Source: Phoronis australis (Eukaryota; Animalia; Phoronida). Taken from it: a stretch of DNA of 64,000 nucleotides. The DNA lies in NCBI GenBank assembly GCA_002633005.1, contig NMRA01000005.1, forward strand, positions 424,925 to 488,924. The letters are read 5' to 3'. Position numbers and translations under genes: made by a program. Under the pieces are notes generated by a model. The model made no database searches and had not been told where the DNA came from. It saw only the letters and a list, made by a program, of their open reading frames with translations. Below are positions 13,301 through 26,100 of this stretch, one piece after another (position 1 is the stretch's first letter; every line of letters begins with the position of its first letter).

Positions 13301-13955
13301 CGTATGACACTGTATTGGGGGTTTCAAGGACACGTGGGCCACTGTAAGACTCAAATATTTAAGTCTGCCTGACAGTGAGGTTGAAACAGTTCACAACAGC
13401 CAGGCAGACCAGTCTCCTACTTTTCATGGTGAACTTATGAATAGCCACTGGCCACTGGACTACCTAGTGGTTCAAAATCACTGGCACTGTTTAAAACCTT
13501 TCTTGAACAGCAACACCTGAAAATTTGGTTCATACAGAAATAAGAGCATCACTCTGAGCCCACTAATGCCATAAAGTGCCAAATGTAACGAACTGTTAGC
13601 AGTATTGACTTGCTTTTGTCTACGTCACCGCAAGAATAACCTTTTAATTCAAACAGCTGCGAATAACACCTGCACGCAATCGTGTTTTATTCTGTTCCTT
13701 ACTCAATATAACTGTTATCTGCCTTTTATGTTTGTTGTGGGATCTCGCAGTGATGCAATATGGCATGAAAAGGCAGCTTCACCTTTCATTTGACGGGCCT
13801 ACATTTGCGTGATTAAACTTGTGTTTCCTTATTTTGTGTAGGCTTTGCTAGGTTTACCTGGTTAGCTCAATACATCTAAAATAACAAAGTTCTGCTGTAG
13901 TTGGCTGTAAGAGGAAAGTTATCTTTTTAAGGTGTTTATTTGTCTATTTGACTCA

Positions 13956-14324
13956 TTTTTATGCGCCCACATATTTATATGTGGACGCATTATGCCGTCA
14001 TCTCTGTCCGTCCGTCCGGGCGGCGTCCGTCCGGCGTCTGGCGTCCGCTGCTCTATCTCCAAAACCCTTTGACATACGTTCATGAAATTTGGCACATATG
14101 TTCCATTCATGAATGGGACGGCATGTGCGAACTTTCGGACGGATCCAACTACCGGTGTGCCCCCTAGTGGCAATTTTAGTTTTTTACGCTTACCTTTGTA
14201 TCTTCAAAAGTCCTGAACGGATTTTCATGAAATTTGGTATGTAGGCACCTAGTAGTGAGATGACGCTATCCTGCCGTTTTTGGATGGATTCGACATAGTT
14301 TGCGGCACCTAGTGGCCATTTTTA
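13956..14324 (+). mobile_element. Helentron/DINE-1-like non-autonomous element running into an assembly gap
   Basis: T-rich start, short hairpin ATGCGCCCACATA/TATGTGGACGCAT, (GTCC)n microsatellite, repeated CATGAAATTTGG blocks. Confidence 0.55.
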
Positions 14325-14936
14325 NNNNNNNNNNNNNNNNNNNNNNNNNNNNNNNNNNNNNNNNNNNNNNNNNNNNNNNNNNNNNNNNNNNNNNNNNNNN
14401 NNNNNNNNNNNNNNNNNNNNNNNNNNNNNNNNNNNNNNNNNNNNNNNNNNNNNNNNNNNNNNNNNNNNNNNNNNNNNNNNNNNNNNNNNNNNNNNNNNNN
14501 NNNNNNNNNNNNNNNNNNNNNNNNNNNNNNNNNNNNNNNNNNNNNNNNNNNNNNNNNNNNNNNNNNNNNNNNNNNNNNNNNNNNNNNNNNNNNNNNNNNN
14601 NNNNNNNNNNNNNNNNNNNNNNNNNNNNNNNNNNNNNNNNNNNNNNNNNNNNNNNNNNNNNNNNNNNNNNNNNNNNNNNNNNNNNNNNNNNNNNNNNNNN
14701 NNNNNNNNNNNNNNNNNNNNNNNNNNNNNNNNNNNNNNNNNNNNNNNNNNNNNNNNNNNNNNNNNNNNNNNNNNNNNNNNNNNNNNNNNNNNNNNNNNNN
14801 NNNNNNNNNNNNNNNNNNNNNNNNNNNNNNNNNNNNNNNNNNNNNNNNNNNNNNNNNNNNNNNNNNNNNNNNNNNNNNNNNNNNNNNNNNNNNNNNNNNN
14901 NNNNNNNNNNNNNNNNNNNNNNNNNNNNNNNNNNNN
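14325..14936. other. Assembly gap (N run)
   Basis: Continuous Ns. Confidence 1.
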
Positions 14937-17111
14937 AGTAGAAATTTGTTTCTGGCATTCTAATGCTGTGCTAATCTCGTATGTTGGTAAATTTGTTTTT
15001 AATTCTATGTTTCTGTGGTGCTTTAAGCAACTGGTGTATAGGATGTGCTTGTATTATGAAGATTACTCAGATTTTGCCCCTAGCCTATGGAGGAGACAAT
15101 GACCATGCCTTTCCATTTTGCAAAGTATGCCCTCTACTGGCCACTTTATGGTACCAACAAACAACCCTAGAAGGATACCGTATGCGGTGCAATTGTGGGC
15201 GCATTTCAACGCTCCGCGTTGCTCTTGTCATAGTGTAGAATGCATTTTGAACTATCTTTTATCAAAATCAAACTAATTATAATTCCTGAAAACTGGAATT
15301 GTGGCACAGTAAACAAGTTCCAAAAATGTCCACCAGTCTGACCAAGTTGCGTTCTCTTGCATTTCCATTGTGTAACTGTGTTAATGGCGGAGACGTCCAT
15401 CAACTTGTATACAGCTCGCAGCATGATACAAACCTTGTCGGTAGTATTTAAATAATAAATGTGACAAATCACAGGAAATCTAACAACTTTTCTTTAGAAT
15501 TAGGTGGTTGATAGAGTGACATCTGTTGCCACTCACCAGTACTCTGTTGGAGTTCAATAAAAAGTAGCAGTTTGAAAGTTATTCAGAACATAGAGGGCGC
15601 TTATTATAACCCAAGGCCGTTGAAACCCGGTCTCCGAAACGGATGAAATCGGAAGCTAAAATTCATTATATTTACGCTCTGTAATGTATCTGTAATCTAT
15701 GAAAGACTTTCTACAAAACCGTGGTGCATTGCGATCATTTTACAGAAAATTGTGCTGAAATCCCTGGGCAAAAACTGGCCGACTGCCTGCCTCGCAATCG
15801 TCGATATGGCGACTTGAATGCTTGAATAAAAATACAGTTTCGACTCAAACAAATTACCTGAAATCCTCCTTAAGTTCTCCAAATTTGGCATGCCTAAGAT
15901 TTTTAAGTTCCCGTGGAGTCTGGATCACGGTAGGTTTAAGTACAAATCTGTGCTGATATTGTGCCATCTACATGTATGATTTGCAACATGAGAAAAATGT
16001 CTGGTCGAACACACATGTTGTTGTCACGTGATGTTTGTTTTGAAGTTGTCTGCGTTTGTGAGTAAGCGAGCGCGTGCGTGTCACCAGAGTTCATTTGCCA
16101 GAGCAGAGACCGTCTTGTGGCCAGAACCACGCAATCTAACGAACTATTGTGCACTGTTTCTAAAGAAATGTGCACAAGCAGTAGGCCTAAACCAGAGCGT
16201 GTTTCATTCAGCACTTTCCGGTCTCATGTGCTAAAAACTTCGACATTTGTCTCGGTAAGGTCATATTAGTCGCCGTGTGGCGGGATGCGTACGTGACTAT
16301 CTGACAGTTATTTTTCGGTGTAAGGGTGTGTAAGCATTCACTGTCAGTGGTTATTTTATTGGATATTTGGCTTAAAAACACTAATTATGGTTAATCAAAC
16401 AATTCATTTTAAAAATAACGCATGCATTTTTTATAGTAAGAGAAACTTTCAGAAATTAGTGCCAATATTCATTTCTTGCGGATGCTATGCTACCCGTTTC
16501 ATGAATGGATAGTTCCCGACTAATGCCTTTAATGACAGGTTCATGTATGTAGCGCGCGCTTCCTGGCCACGTGCTTTTAACACTGGCCAAGCTGTTTATT
16601 AGTCTTCGATTCACGGTATTCACATGTAGGCCTACAAAGAAATTTGGATTCCAGTTGAAAGCGGGAAATATCTACAAAGCAATCCGGTAGACAAATACAC
16701 TACTTCTGTTCTGAAAGGCCAGACCATTGGTCCTCGCAATATCAGCAGAACTTTTGTGTTTGTTTTGAGGCATGGCGGAAGTTTGAAGTGTACAGTCATG
16801 GCTAAATACTGACATAACAGCAAGGCTCGTGGTCTACAAAATTTTGCGCACAATGATTTTTTTCAGGACTGTCAGATATTATTGATAAATTGAAGACGTT
16901 ACTGAAGAATTTTAGGACTGTAGGTAAGGCATTTTTCGCATGTACACGTTCATGGACTGGGCGCTTATTTTAGCAAAGTCTGAAAACGCGTGGGGGGTGC
17001 TTATAGGGGCATGGACGGTTATTATGACAAATACGGTAATACTTTACTTGTTTCAAAGCCATGCAGCAAGTTTACTTGTTAATAATTGTTTCACGTTTTC
17101 TTCATTTACAG

Positions 17112-17257
17112 GAAGCCTGCCTGGCACAGTTCCGTATTACTGCCGACAAAACACAAACATCAGGTTATAAATTGGATATCATATTCCACTTAATACGACT
17201 GGGCTTGTTCTACATGGACCATGATCTCATCACAAGGAATCTTGAGAAAGCACAAAC
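17112..17257 (+). CDS. PSMD6: PSMD6 exon 3
   Basis: ttacag|GAA...AC|GTAGGT, 146 nt. [28 protein letters not shown]. Confidence 0.95.
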
Positions 17258-17907
17258 GTAGGTGGCCCATATACATTAGATGTGCTAGTCTTTGGCAGGG
17301 ACTGACACACTGACGTCATCACTCAAAGCATATCACACAGGAATGTGTAAACCACTTCTACTGCAACTTTGATTTTAACATGTGAAGTAGACACAGTGGT
17401 GCCACCTCATCTGGAAGATTACTAATAACGCCCATCAAAAATGAAAGATAATTGTCAGTTTTCATGGTATATCTCAAATTTATAGATTCAGTTACGCATG
17501 GGAACAATCACTTGGGAATCGATATTACTGTTCATCTACAGAATGGGTGAAAAGTAACTAAAAATTAAAATTTCTAGTATATCATCCATGAAGTTGTGAT
17601 AAATAGACAACACTAATTAGATTTCTTATTTTTTAGATTGTAGATGGGATATATTTGGTGTTATCAATGGTAAAATATTTAAGATGGCCGGTCACGTGAC
17701 TGGAGCCTCACATTGCATAGTGTCATTGACAGGAGGCACTGAAGGGTCGCTGAACAGAAGTGTGTCTCTTACTGGCCACAGAGTTGAACTCAGGGCGTCA
17801 TCACTGTGAATGTAATACTTCCCCCCCACATTTGTATAATAAGTAGTATTTGTTTCTAGGCCTCTATTCACCCTTCATGTGTTGAGCGTTTCACTATCTT
17901 TTTTCAG

Positions 17908-18127
17908 GCTTATAGAAGAAGGTGGTGACTGGGACCGACGTAACAGATTAAAAGTTTACCGAGGGGTCTACTCCATGTCAATACGCGAGTTCAAGAAAGC
18001 AGCCAACCTCTTCCTGGAGACTGTGGCAACGTTCACATCGTATGAACTTATGGATTACAGGACGTTTGTCACGTATACTGTCCTGTGTAGTATGATAGCC
18101 CTGGAGCGACCAATGCTTAGGGAAAAG
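17908..18127 (+). CDS. PSMD6: PSMD6 exon 4
   Basis: 220 nt with the diagnostic Rpn7 motif [17 protein letters not shown]; donor AAG|GTGAGA. Confidence 0.97.
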
Positions 18128-19399
18128 GTGAGATGTGTGGTTAGATGATGAATAGTCTGTGCAGTATGAATAGCCCTGGAGCGACCCATGCTTAGGGAAA
18201 AGATGAGATGTGTGGTTAGATGGTGGGTGATGGCAGGTGTTGGTACAACGGTAAAATTCCTATAGTTTGATATTCATATGCCGGATAGGGCTGAAGTCTG
18301 AAGTAGGTCTTCTGTACTGTTGTGCACTTGTGCCTTTATGCCTACCTGGGGATTTAGCGAACTAGAGGTGTTCAATTCACTTAAGCCACCTAGCATCCAA
18401 ATGGAACCGTAGGGTGGTCTTTTGAGGCAAGTGGTGGCTTGGGCTCTTGGAATCTGGTATTGCATCCCACACCATATTCGTTCTCCAATAGCTTTAAGGT
18501 GTGTTCACGGTTTCGCAGTGTTGGCTGTTTGAAAAAGGTGGTTATGCATTTGCTGACAAATGGTAGTTTTTGAAATATTTGATGATGTCTCGCTCTCTAC
18601 ATGCCAAGCCTCTTGAAGGATCACTTTTGTTAAAGTTGCCTAGAGTGTTCCTATCACAAGGAAAGCACCTCCCAGTTTTGGACAGTTCCAACCTCACCTT
18701 TGGTACTGCCCTATTGACTATTTGTCTGTTTTTGTCGTCAGCCTCTTTATTTGCCGAACCACTTGAAAAATCATGCAATTTGGCAGGTGTGCTTGTTTTG
18801 AGGATTGCGTGGCTATTTTCACTCTGTTGTCAATATAATAATAACCACCTCCGCATCAGTGCAGTTTTTGATGCTCACAGTGGGTACATATTAACATGTT
18901 GCCTTGCTCTTGTCTTCAGTTTGGTACGTCAGTATTAGTTAGTTAGCAAAAAATAAACATTTTATGAAAAAATGACTGTCAAAACACTGCAGCCACTCTA
19001 CCTGTTGAACATTATCTTAATTCAAGTAAAGCCTTGGAATGGGTCGTATGTATATGAACTGTGTGTCAAGTCAATAAAGGCTGCAGCTGCTCCACCTGTA
19101 GTATATTATCATGTTAACCACCATAACCAAATATTACCAGAGCCATCAGTCTCCATTCAAGTTCATTTGATCTGTGTTACAATGTACCAGATGGTGAAAG
19201 GCTGCAGCTACTCCACCTGGTGTTCAGTATGTTAACCACCACAGCCCTATGTTGTCCATTCATGTTTATGTGACCTAACTGTGTTAGTATGTACCAGGTG
19301 GTGAAAGGCTGCAGCTACACCACCTGTTGTATATTTTGTTAACCATCATAGCCCTGCCTTGTCCATTCATGTTTATGTGATCTAACTGTGTTATTACAG

Positions 19400-19508
19400 G
19401 TGGTGAAAGGCTCCGAAATCCTAGAGGTTCTCCATGAACTGCCAGACGTACGCGGATTCCTCTTCTCACTCTATAATGGTCACTATGGAGAATTCTTCAA
19501 GTGCCTAA
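19400..19508 (+). CDS. PSMD6: PSMD6 exon 5 ([36 protein letters not shown])
   Basis: ttacag|GTG...CTA A|GTAACT, 109 nt. Read manually; keeps the frame between exons 4 and 6. Confidence 0.93.
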
Positions 19509-20205
19509 GTAACTCATCATTTCTTAACCATCAGTTGTAAATAGTCGCCATGTGCTAAGATGCATCTCTTGATTCCACCTCTATTTGTTCCCTTAGTGGT
19601 ATCAGGGTTGAACTATAGCCAAGCGTGCCAATGCAGAAATCAATGCTTATTCTAAACATGATTGTCTTCTTCAGTTTAATGCAATTCCTGCAAGTCTCAG
19701 GGATGTTTACATGTTTTTCAGTGGAAGCTTTCAGTGTTTCTATAGTTCATGTAAAAGGACTGGTGTATTTATCTGCTCTGAACTATGCTAATTTATAGTA
19801 GGAGCTTAACGACAATGCTATTTTAACACAAGCTATGCTAAACAAAGTGCAGATGTATTCATTGACCTTTGCGCTAATGACGTACCTTGTGGGCTCACAT
19901 AGCCTGCATCATGCATTGTTATTCCCACACGTCACGATACTTACTGGACACGGTTCAGTGATTTGCAGCGGAGCATTTTCACCACAAAACTGATCCTTAA
20001 AAACCCTTGTCAACTTTTAAACTGCTTCATATTTACATGGTCGTTATATGTTGAGTTTCTAAATAATTTGACCAAGCAATCATGGAGACGAGTTATTAGC
20101 CTGCAAGTTACACTGTTGGGTTCAGTTTTTACAAACCCACAGAAGCATACACAGTTAAATTGCCAATTCTTTTCATAAAATCAATGTTTTTTCTACCGAC
20201 CACAG

Positions 20206-20374
20206 TTCACGTGGAAAGTGTTATGAAGACTGATCGACTTCTGAAGGACCATTACCGTTACTACGTGAGAGAGATGAGGATACAGGCCTACACACAACTA
20301 CTTCAGTCTTACCAGAGCCTCACTTTAGATTATATGGCCAAGGCATTTGGGGTGACCAAGGAGTATATTGACAT
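20206..20374 (+). CDS. PSMD6: PSMD6 exon 6 (PCI domain)
   Basis: 169 nt. [35 protein letters not shown]; donor AT|GTGAGT. Confidence 0.95.
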
Positions 20375-20800
20375 GTGAGTGGGCAGCCAGCACTGACATG
20401 CAGTCCGAGAGTCATAATCACCAATATCATTCATATCATGTCAAGCAACCAGAAGGATGCTGTCTTTAGATCTGGGCAGTAAGGTTATGAATCAGTTTGC
20501 GAGTGAAGGTGTTCAGAAGGGACCTAGTATTAAACGTCTGAGTGAGAACAGTTGTTTGAGTTCAAAGTAATAGGGGAACACCAGTTAGCTGTGTCTGGGC
20601 CCATGACCACACAAGATTCGACTCGAAAATTGGCGAACGGCATGTCATGCTTCGAGTAAGATTTCCAATTTCATGTAGTGTGATTGGTCAGTTTTTAGTC
20701 TATTTTGTAATAAAAATTGGTTTTGTTGGGCCCAGTTGTAAATGCCTTCCCCCCATCTTGTTCTTGTAGCTGAGGTGATGTGTTCAACTTGTTCTTGCAG

Positions 20801-20906
20801 GGAGCTGTCACGATTCATAGCAGCTGGTCGTCTTCACTGTAAGATTGACAAAGTGGGCGGGATTGTTGTAACAAACCGACCGGACAACAAGAATTACCAG
20901 TATCAG
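20801..20906 (+). CDS. PSMD6: PSMD6 exon 7
   Basis: 106 nt. [35 protein letters not shown]; donor CAG|GTATGG. Confidence 0.95.
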
Positions 20907-22191
20907 GTATGGACAGCTAATATAGACAGCACCTAGCAACTTCATACCACTTGTATGTAGTTTGTCCACTCTGGCAAAGCATCCTTTGTGATACATTTTG
21001 ATGCAGTTCTGTTGTAACAGGAACACACTTTACATTTTGTACACAATGTGATTTGACTGTCAGACTTGATTTTTTTGGATTATCTTGAGTTTAAACAGTG
21101 GATTTCAATGTTCTCAGTGTTGTCAGTCCTGAACGAGGATTTGTTTGAAATTTTTGAAATACAGGTCTAATACTAAAACTGTAGCAAGCTACCATTTGAA
21201 TGCACCAGAATGCACAACATACATTTCTTGTGACCCCCTTCTGAAATCGATGAAAAATTTCTTGCTAAAAGTATATATTTAAAAGAAAATCGTGCAACAT
21301 AACAAAGAAAACTGTCACGTTGGAGTTTGCTCAACATGTTCATTGCTTTCAGTTTTGCTAGTTAGTTTCTTTTGATGAGTTTTGATGCGGGTTGAAATTT
21401 GGTGAAATCGATGATGTTGCTCTCCCAGACAATAAATTCCATACATATACGTAATTTTTGTCATCCTGATGAGGGTAGAGCAAGTGCAATTCTCGAACAA
21501 AAATTTCCTTTGTAGTACTAAACCTATAACAGTTAAATCAGGTCTCCAGAAACCACCATTAGTCCACTTAATTAATTGCTTGAAAATTTGATGTGTGTAT
21601 GCATTTTGACAGTCACTGGTGAAATTTGTACAAATCGACTACATCACATTTCCCTAAGCAGGAAAATCTAGAGATGCCTATGGGTCAAGTCAACTTCTTC
21701 TGTCTATGTGCAGTATTGTTCAGTGGTGATTTTGTTTTCTATTTTGTTTTCTGTCCCAGTTTACTCGAAGTGCATTTTACAACATGCAGCTTCAGTGGCA
21801 ATGCATGTGTGGTCTTGGCAAAAAGGATAATGGTGACCTGGGAGGTGGGACAAAATTTGAAGTTGTCGGGGCCTCCCATTAAAACTGTTAGTTTACTAAA
21901 GACTCAGAGTGGCGTATGCCCTATTACTGACATCGTGTTGTTCAGACATTATCACAAGGGTAAATCAGCTTTGTCCGTAACAACTGCATTTTGTTAGAGT
22001 CTGAGTGCAACGCGAATTATTGGCATGACAAAAAGGAGTGAGTGGTAGTGCAAGTGCATGGTTAGCGGTTAGAATGCCTTAGTAAACGTGTTTGTGGTAC
22101 AATGACACAAAGCACAGTGCTAATATTATTCCAGAGTTTCAAGCCATGATAGAACTTTCTGAAGTAGTTTACATTGATCCATTTTTTCCAG

Positions 22192-22260
22192 GCTACAATC
22201 AAGCAAGGAGATGTTCTGCTCAACAGACTTCAAAAACTAAGCCGTGTCATCAATATATAG
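22192..22260 (+). CDS. PSMD6: PSMD6 exon 8, last coding exon ([22 protein letters not shown])
   Basis: ttccag|GCT...TAG. The eight exons sum to 1170 nt = 389 aa + stop, the length recalled for human PSMD6. Confidence 0.95.
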   Translation, partial: ATIKQGDVLLNRLQKLSRVINI

Positions 22261-22534
22261 TTACTTAGCTGTTAACTTGTGACTGGACTTTAGTCAGCTT
22301 GGTGCTGATTGGATAAGAAAGCCAAAGGTGATTAACTTCATACTGAATGGATGAGAAGACCTTATGAGTCACTGTGGTGTGTGTGCTTTCAACAGCTGGT
22401 GTTATGTTTGCATTCAAATGTCAGAAACTTATGAATATTTTCAAACAGTATTTGAAATCTACAAAAGAACTGAATCCATTCATGCCTTGTGTTGTTTTCA
22501 TGCCAGATTTATGTTTGTATTTCAATTAGGCCTT

Positions 22535-22540
22535 AATAAA
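22535..22540 (+). terminator. Candidate PSMD6 polyadenylation signal AATAAA
   Basis: AATAAA about 275 nt after the stop codon. Confidence 0.6.
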
Positions 22541-24375
22541 CGATTTGTATATTGACTATTCTCTAAAGCCAACCTTCTTGCAAAACCCTGAGTATTTTCA
22601 TAGCCTCGAATTGTTCCCAGATGTGTTTCATATCTGCGAACATCAATTGTAATAGCAAGTCATGTGTCTAATTATTTTCTTAAATATTTGACAGCTGCAA
22701 CAGCTCAACTGTAAAAATTAGCCTCGAAACACTGAAATCACCTGAAATTTGACATACGAACAATTTGAAAGCAACCTGCTGTTAAAGACAACATACAAAA
22801 TGGCGTCAGCATTCAATACAACACTTTGGCAAACAGGTGACAACAAACCAGTTGCTAAGAGTTTGCCATATAGTTTCGTCATTGGGAAAAAACAGCTCAA
22901 AGGCACAGTGTACTGTTTGGGCAAACAGGACCTCAGAATGAACAATCCCAACTTTCCAAAGTCAAGCATTCGTCCTAAGAATACAATGTAAGCCCTCCCA
23001 GTCTGAACTGAGAAAATTATACACTTTCCTTCACGAACCAATTGCATGTATACTGCGTCCATTTAGCAACGACCACTGAGTCTCAAGTATGGTTTTTTCT
23101 AAAATGTATAAAGGCCACACGTGACCGCAGAGCGCGTTCTTACATTGGCCATTTGAATTGCCTTGTGTTTGATATCTCTCCAAAGGATTGCACTAAAAAC
23201 CCCACGACTTACACCCCACCCCCCGGCCACGACCTGCGGCAGTAGATAATATATTTGCGCTTTTTACACATTTCATGTCATTACGTCGCTGATTGACTTC
23301 CCATAGGACTTACACACGCGAATCTGCTCTTGTTAAAAGCAGAGTGACGTAAGAACATGGTCTGAAATAGCGCATTGTGAGTGTGCTATCGTTTTTACAG
23401 AAATTGTTCCACGAGCGCCTACCAATGACCCTGTACTATCAAACTTAGGCAAAGGTTGCGTTAACGTGAATACAAATAAATTTTTATTATTTGCTTTCTG
23501 TCGTATAATCGTTTACAATATATTACATGTAACAGATGCTTTTTAGTTACGAGTTTTTTTAAATTGTATTTACTGAAAAAAAAATGCATATTCGCGGCCT
23601 TCTCGCACTCTCGCTCAGGGGTTCCCTGCGTGCCGCGAGGTAAGTGGTATCCAGCATGCAGGTATCACTTCCTCGAAAAATTTTTTAAAGCGGCGTTTCT
23701 GATTGGCTGATCGAATTCTCAACAGGTAGCGCTTTACGCAAACAAAGTGGCATGATTGATGGAGGAAGTGTAAATGTGGTCTGTTGAACAGACAAATCGG
23801 TGCTTAAAATTCATGTTAAAAATGTGAATCCCAGAAAATTGTGGTTGCGCCTTTTCGGAGTGCATCCTTCTACTGTCGCTGACTTTTGTTTACGTTGCTG
23901 TCCCATATTCATGCAGTATGAATAACACACTAGTTAAATGGGCCAGATGATAACGTGTTTATTGTACATGTGTGTGTTCCAAGCACGCGGCTATTAAACA
24001 TTACAGTTGCGAAAACGAAATAGTTGCTGCTACAACGCTTGCATCGACAAGGCTAAAAATCGTTCATAGTCCGCCATTTTCTCACTTTGTTGTAAAACTA
24101 ACCAATGACTGTCGAGGTTACTTCAACCAACGATAATGCGAGAGCTACTGCCTGTTACCTGCGTGGTCGCTACCACCTAGCGGCACGCGGGGAACCAACG
24201 AGTCTCGCACTCTCCCGCCAAAATAGCTTGAATTCACCAATCGCTGAAGAGTCGATTACACTCTGCCGGGAACCAGACGATTTGTAATGTTCCGGGGCAT
24301 TGATTTGATTTGGTCGCGGGATTTGGAGGCCGGTAGGAAGGAAAAAAATTATTGGGGGGGGGGGGGGGGGGGGGG

Positions 24376-24456
24376 NNNNNNNNNNNNNNNNNNNNNNNNN
24401 NNNNNNNNNNNNNNNNNNNNNNNNNNNNNNNNNNNNNNNNNNNNNNNNNNNNNNNN
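24376..24456. other. Assembly gap flanked by poly-G
   Basis: N run between two G homopolymers. Confidence 1.
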
Positions 24457-24985
24457 GGGGGGGGGGGGGAGGTAATACCGGGGATGCAGCCATCACAGGA
24501 TTTGAGTAACCGTGAACCCACAGTTTGCGGAGAGTAAGCCAAGAGAATGGGTCTAGGGCTAGCGCACAGACGGGTAGCTGGGAGCTGGCTGAAGTAACTA
24601 TAGCTGGGTTCCAACAGTGATTCGTACCTACTACTCTCTGCTCTGGGTTGAAGATCAAGGTTTGTTTTAATAAGATCCAGTTTCGGGGAAAACTTCATTT
24701 TATTATGACCATTCTTTGAAGTAATGTTTGGAAGGTGAGGTCCCGAGGTGCTTGGTATGAGTGCCTTTGTGGCCGTTTTAGAATCCCTAGATGAAACACA
24801 GCCGGTAGTCCAGTTCCTCTGGTAGTTGCTGGGGGAAATGATACAGTGCGTGTCCCAAAAATGTACACACTTCAACGTCTGGAGTTTAAATTCAGTTCCC
24901 GTTGGTAACTGAGTTTCTACGCAGGCCTACTGCATGGTTACACCTTATTTTTAACGTGGATGTGCCAGGCCTGACGTGTTCCTTG

Positions 24986-25242
24986 CATGCGTGCACCCAA
25001 CGGGGGCTCGGAGGGCGCGAACGAGCCCCACCCCTCCCCATTTGGAAAAGTGGGCAAAAAGGTTCGCCTCAAAGAAACAAAAAGTCCGAGAAAAACGAGA
25101 CAAAAGTCCAGTAAAAAGGTAGAAATTCGGCGTATATACAGTTCATAGCCCTGAACGAACCCCGTATTTCGTATTTTTCGTTTGTAACAGGTCATCCTCA
25201 AAAATTTGAGCTCTCCTATATTTTAGGATGGGAGCGCGCATG
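24986..25242. mobile_element. MITE with CATGCG(T/C)GCACCC termini
   Basis: Imperfect TIRs; a related copy lies at 40198-40420. No clear TSD. Confidence 0.6.
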
Positions 25243-25399
25243 CCGTGTGTGTAGTATGCACGGGAAATGCAAGCAAACGATTCAGTTTTGAAGAACAAAA
25301 ATTCACTTCGCAATACTACTGGAAACTAAAAACATCAAGGAAGTGCAAAAAGAACCTTTCCAATTTGATGACCAATGAAATAGATTTTATTTGTTCAAG

Positions 25400-26100
25400 T
25401 ACTTAAACTTCTTTTTCGAACTACGGTTTGTAAACTTAAACCCAGTAATCTAGTTCCTAAGCCAATAAACAAGTTATTGTCATTTGAACTGTGAGAACAA
25501 TTTGGGACACTTAGTAGAGCTATCCAAAATTCATCAATTTCCTTGAGACTTATTTGAGACAGGCAAAAATCGTTTAGTGTACTTTTAGTTTTGGGGATCT
25601 GATGATAGATCGAATTTTCCCAATGTCGGCCTAGAACTAAGTTCATTGAAGCATTGTTTTTCTTACAAAATTAGCTTCTTATTGTCAAAAAATCATCTCT
25701 CAATCAGTCCATTTTCATAGATTCATAAACATGTAAATCAGAAACCAACAATCAAATCCATTAGCAATGCGTTTACCTTGATTTAGTTCCTTTTTGATGC
25801 CCTGTTAGTGAGTTTAAACAACAAATCTTGAACCGAAGTCAAAAAGCAATGCATTTATTGTCATTTGAATTGTGAACAAACTTTGGGAAGTGTCCAAATT
25901 GCATCAATGTTTTTGAGAGTTATTTTAGATAGATAAAAAGCCTCCAAGTGCACTTTACTATTTGGGGCTCCAATTATAGAGTTTTATTTTTTCCATATTC
26001 AAGCTTCAACTTAATTCCCTGAATCGTAATCATTTTTTTTTTTAAATTAGCTTGTAATTGCCAAAAATCATCTATTAAGCTGTCGGTTTTAGCAGATACA
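25400..26100. repeat. Diverged ~380-bp direct duplication
   Basis: TATTGTCATTTGAA..TTTGGGA at ~25476 and ~25856; AAATTAGCTT..AAAAATCATCT at ~25668 and ~26044. Confidence 0.55.

Noticed and set aside
14266-14958. Long ORFs over the N run (also those around 24170-24875)
   Set aside because: Artefacts of translating through assembly gaps and poly-G.
17005-17038. Pogo/Tigger-like terminus (...AAATACGGTA)
   Set aside because: No matching opposite TIR could be identified, so the element could not be delimited.
21950-21965. Tiny extra PSMD6 exon in the last intron
   Set aside because: It would break the frame, and the 389-aa protein is complete without it.
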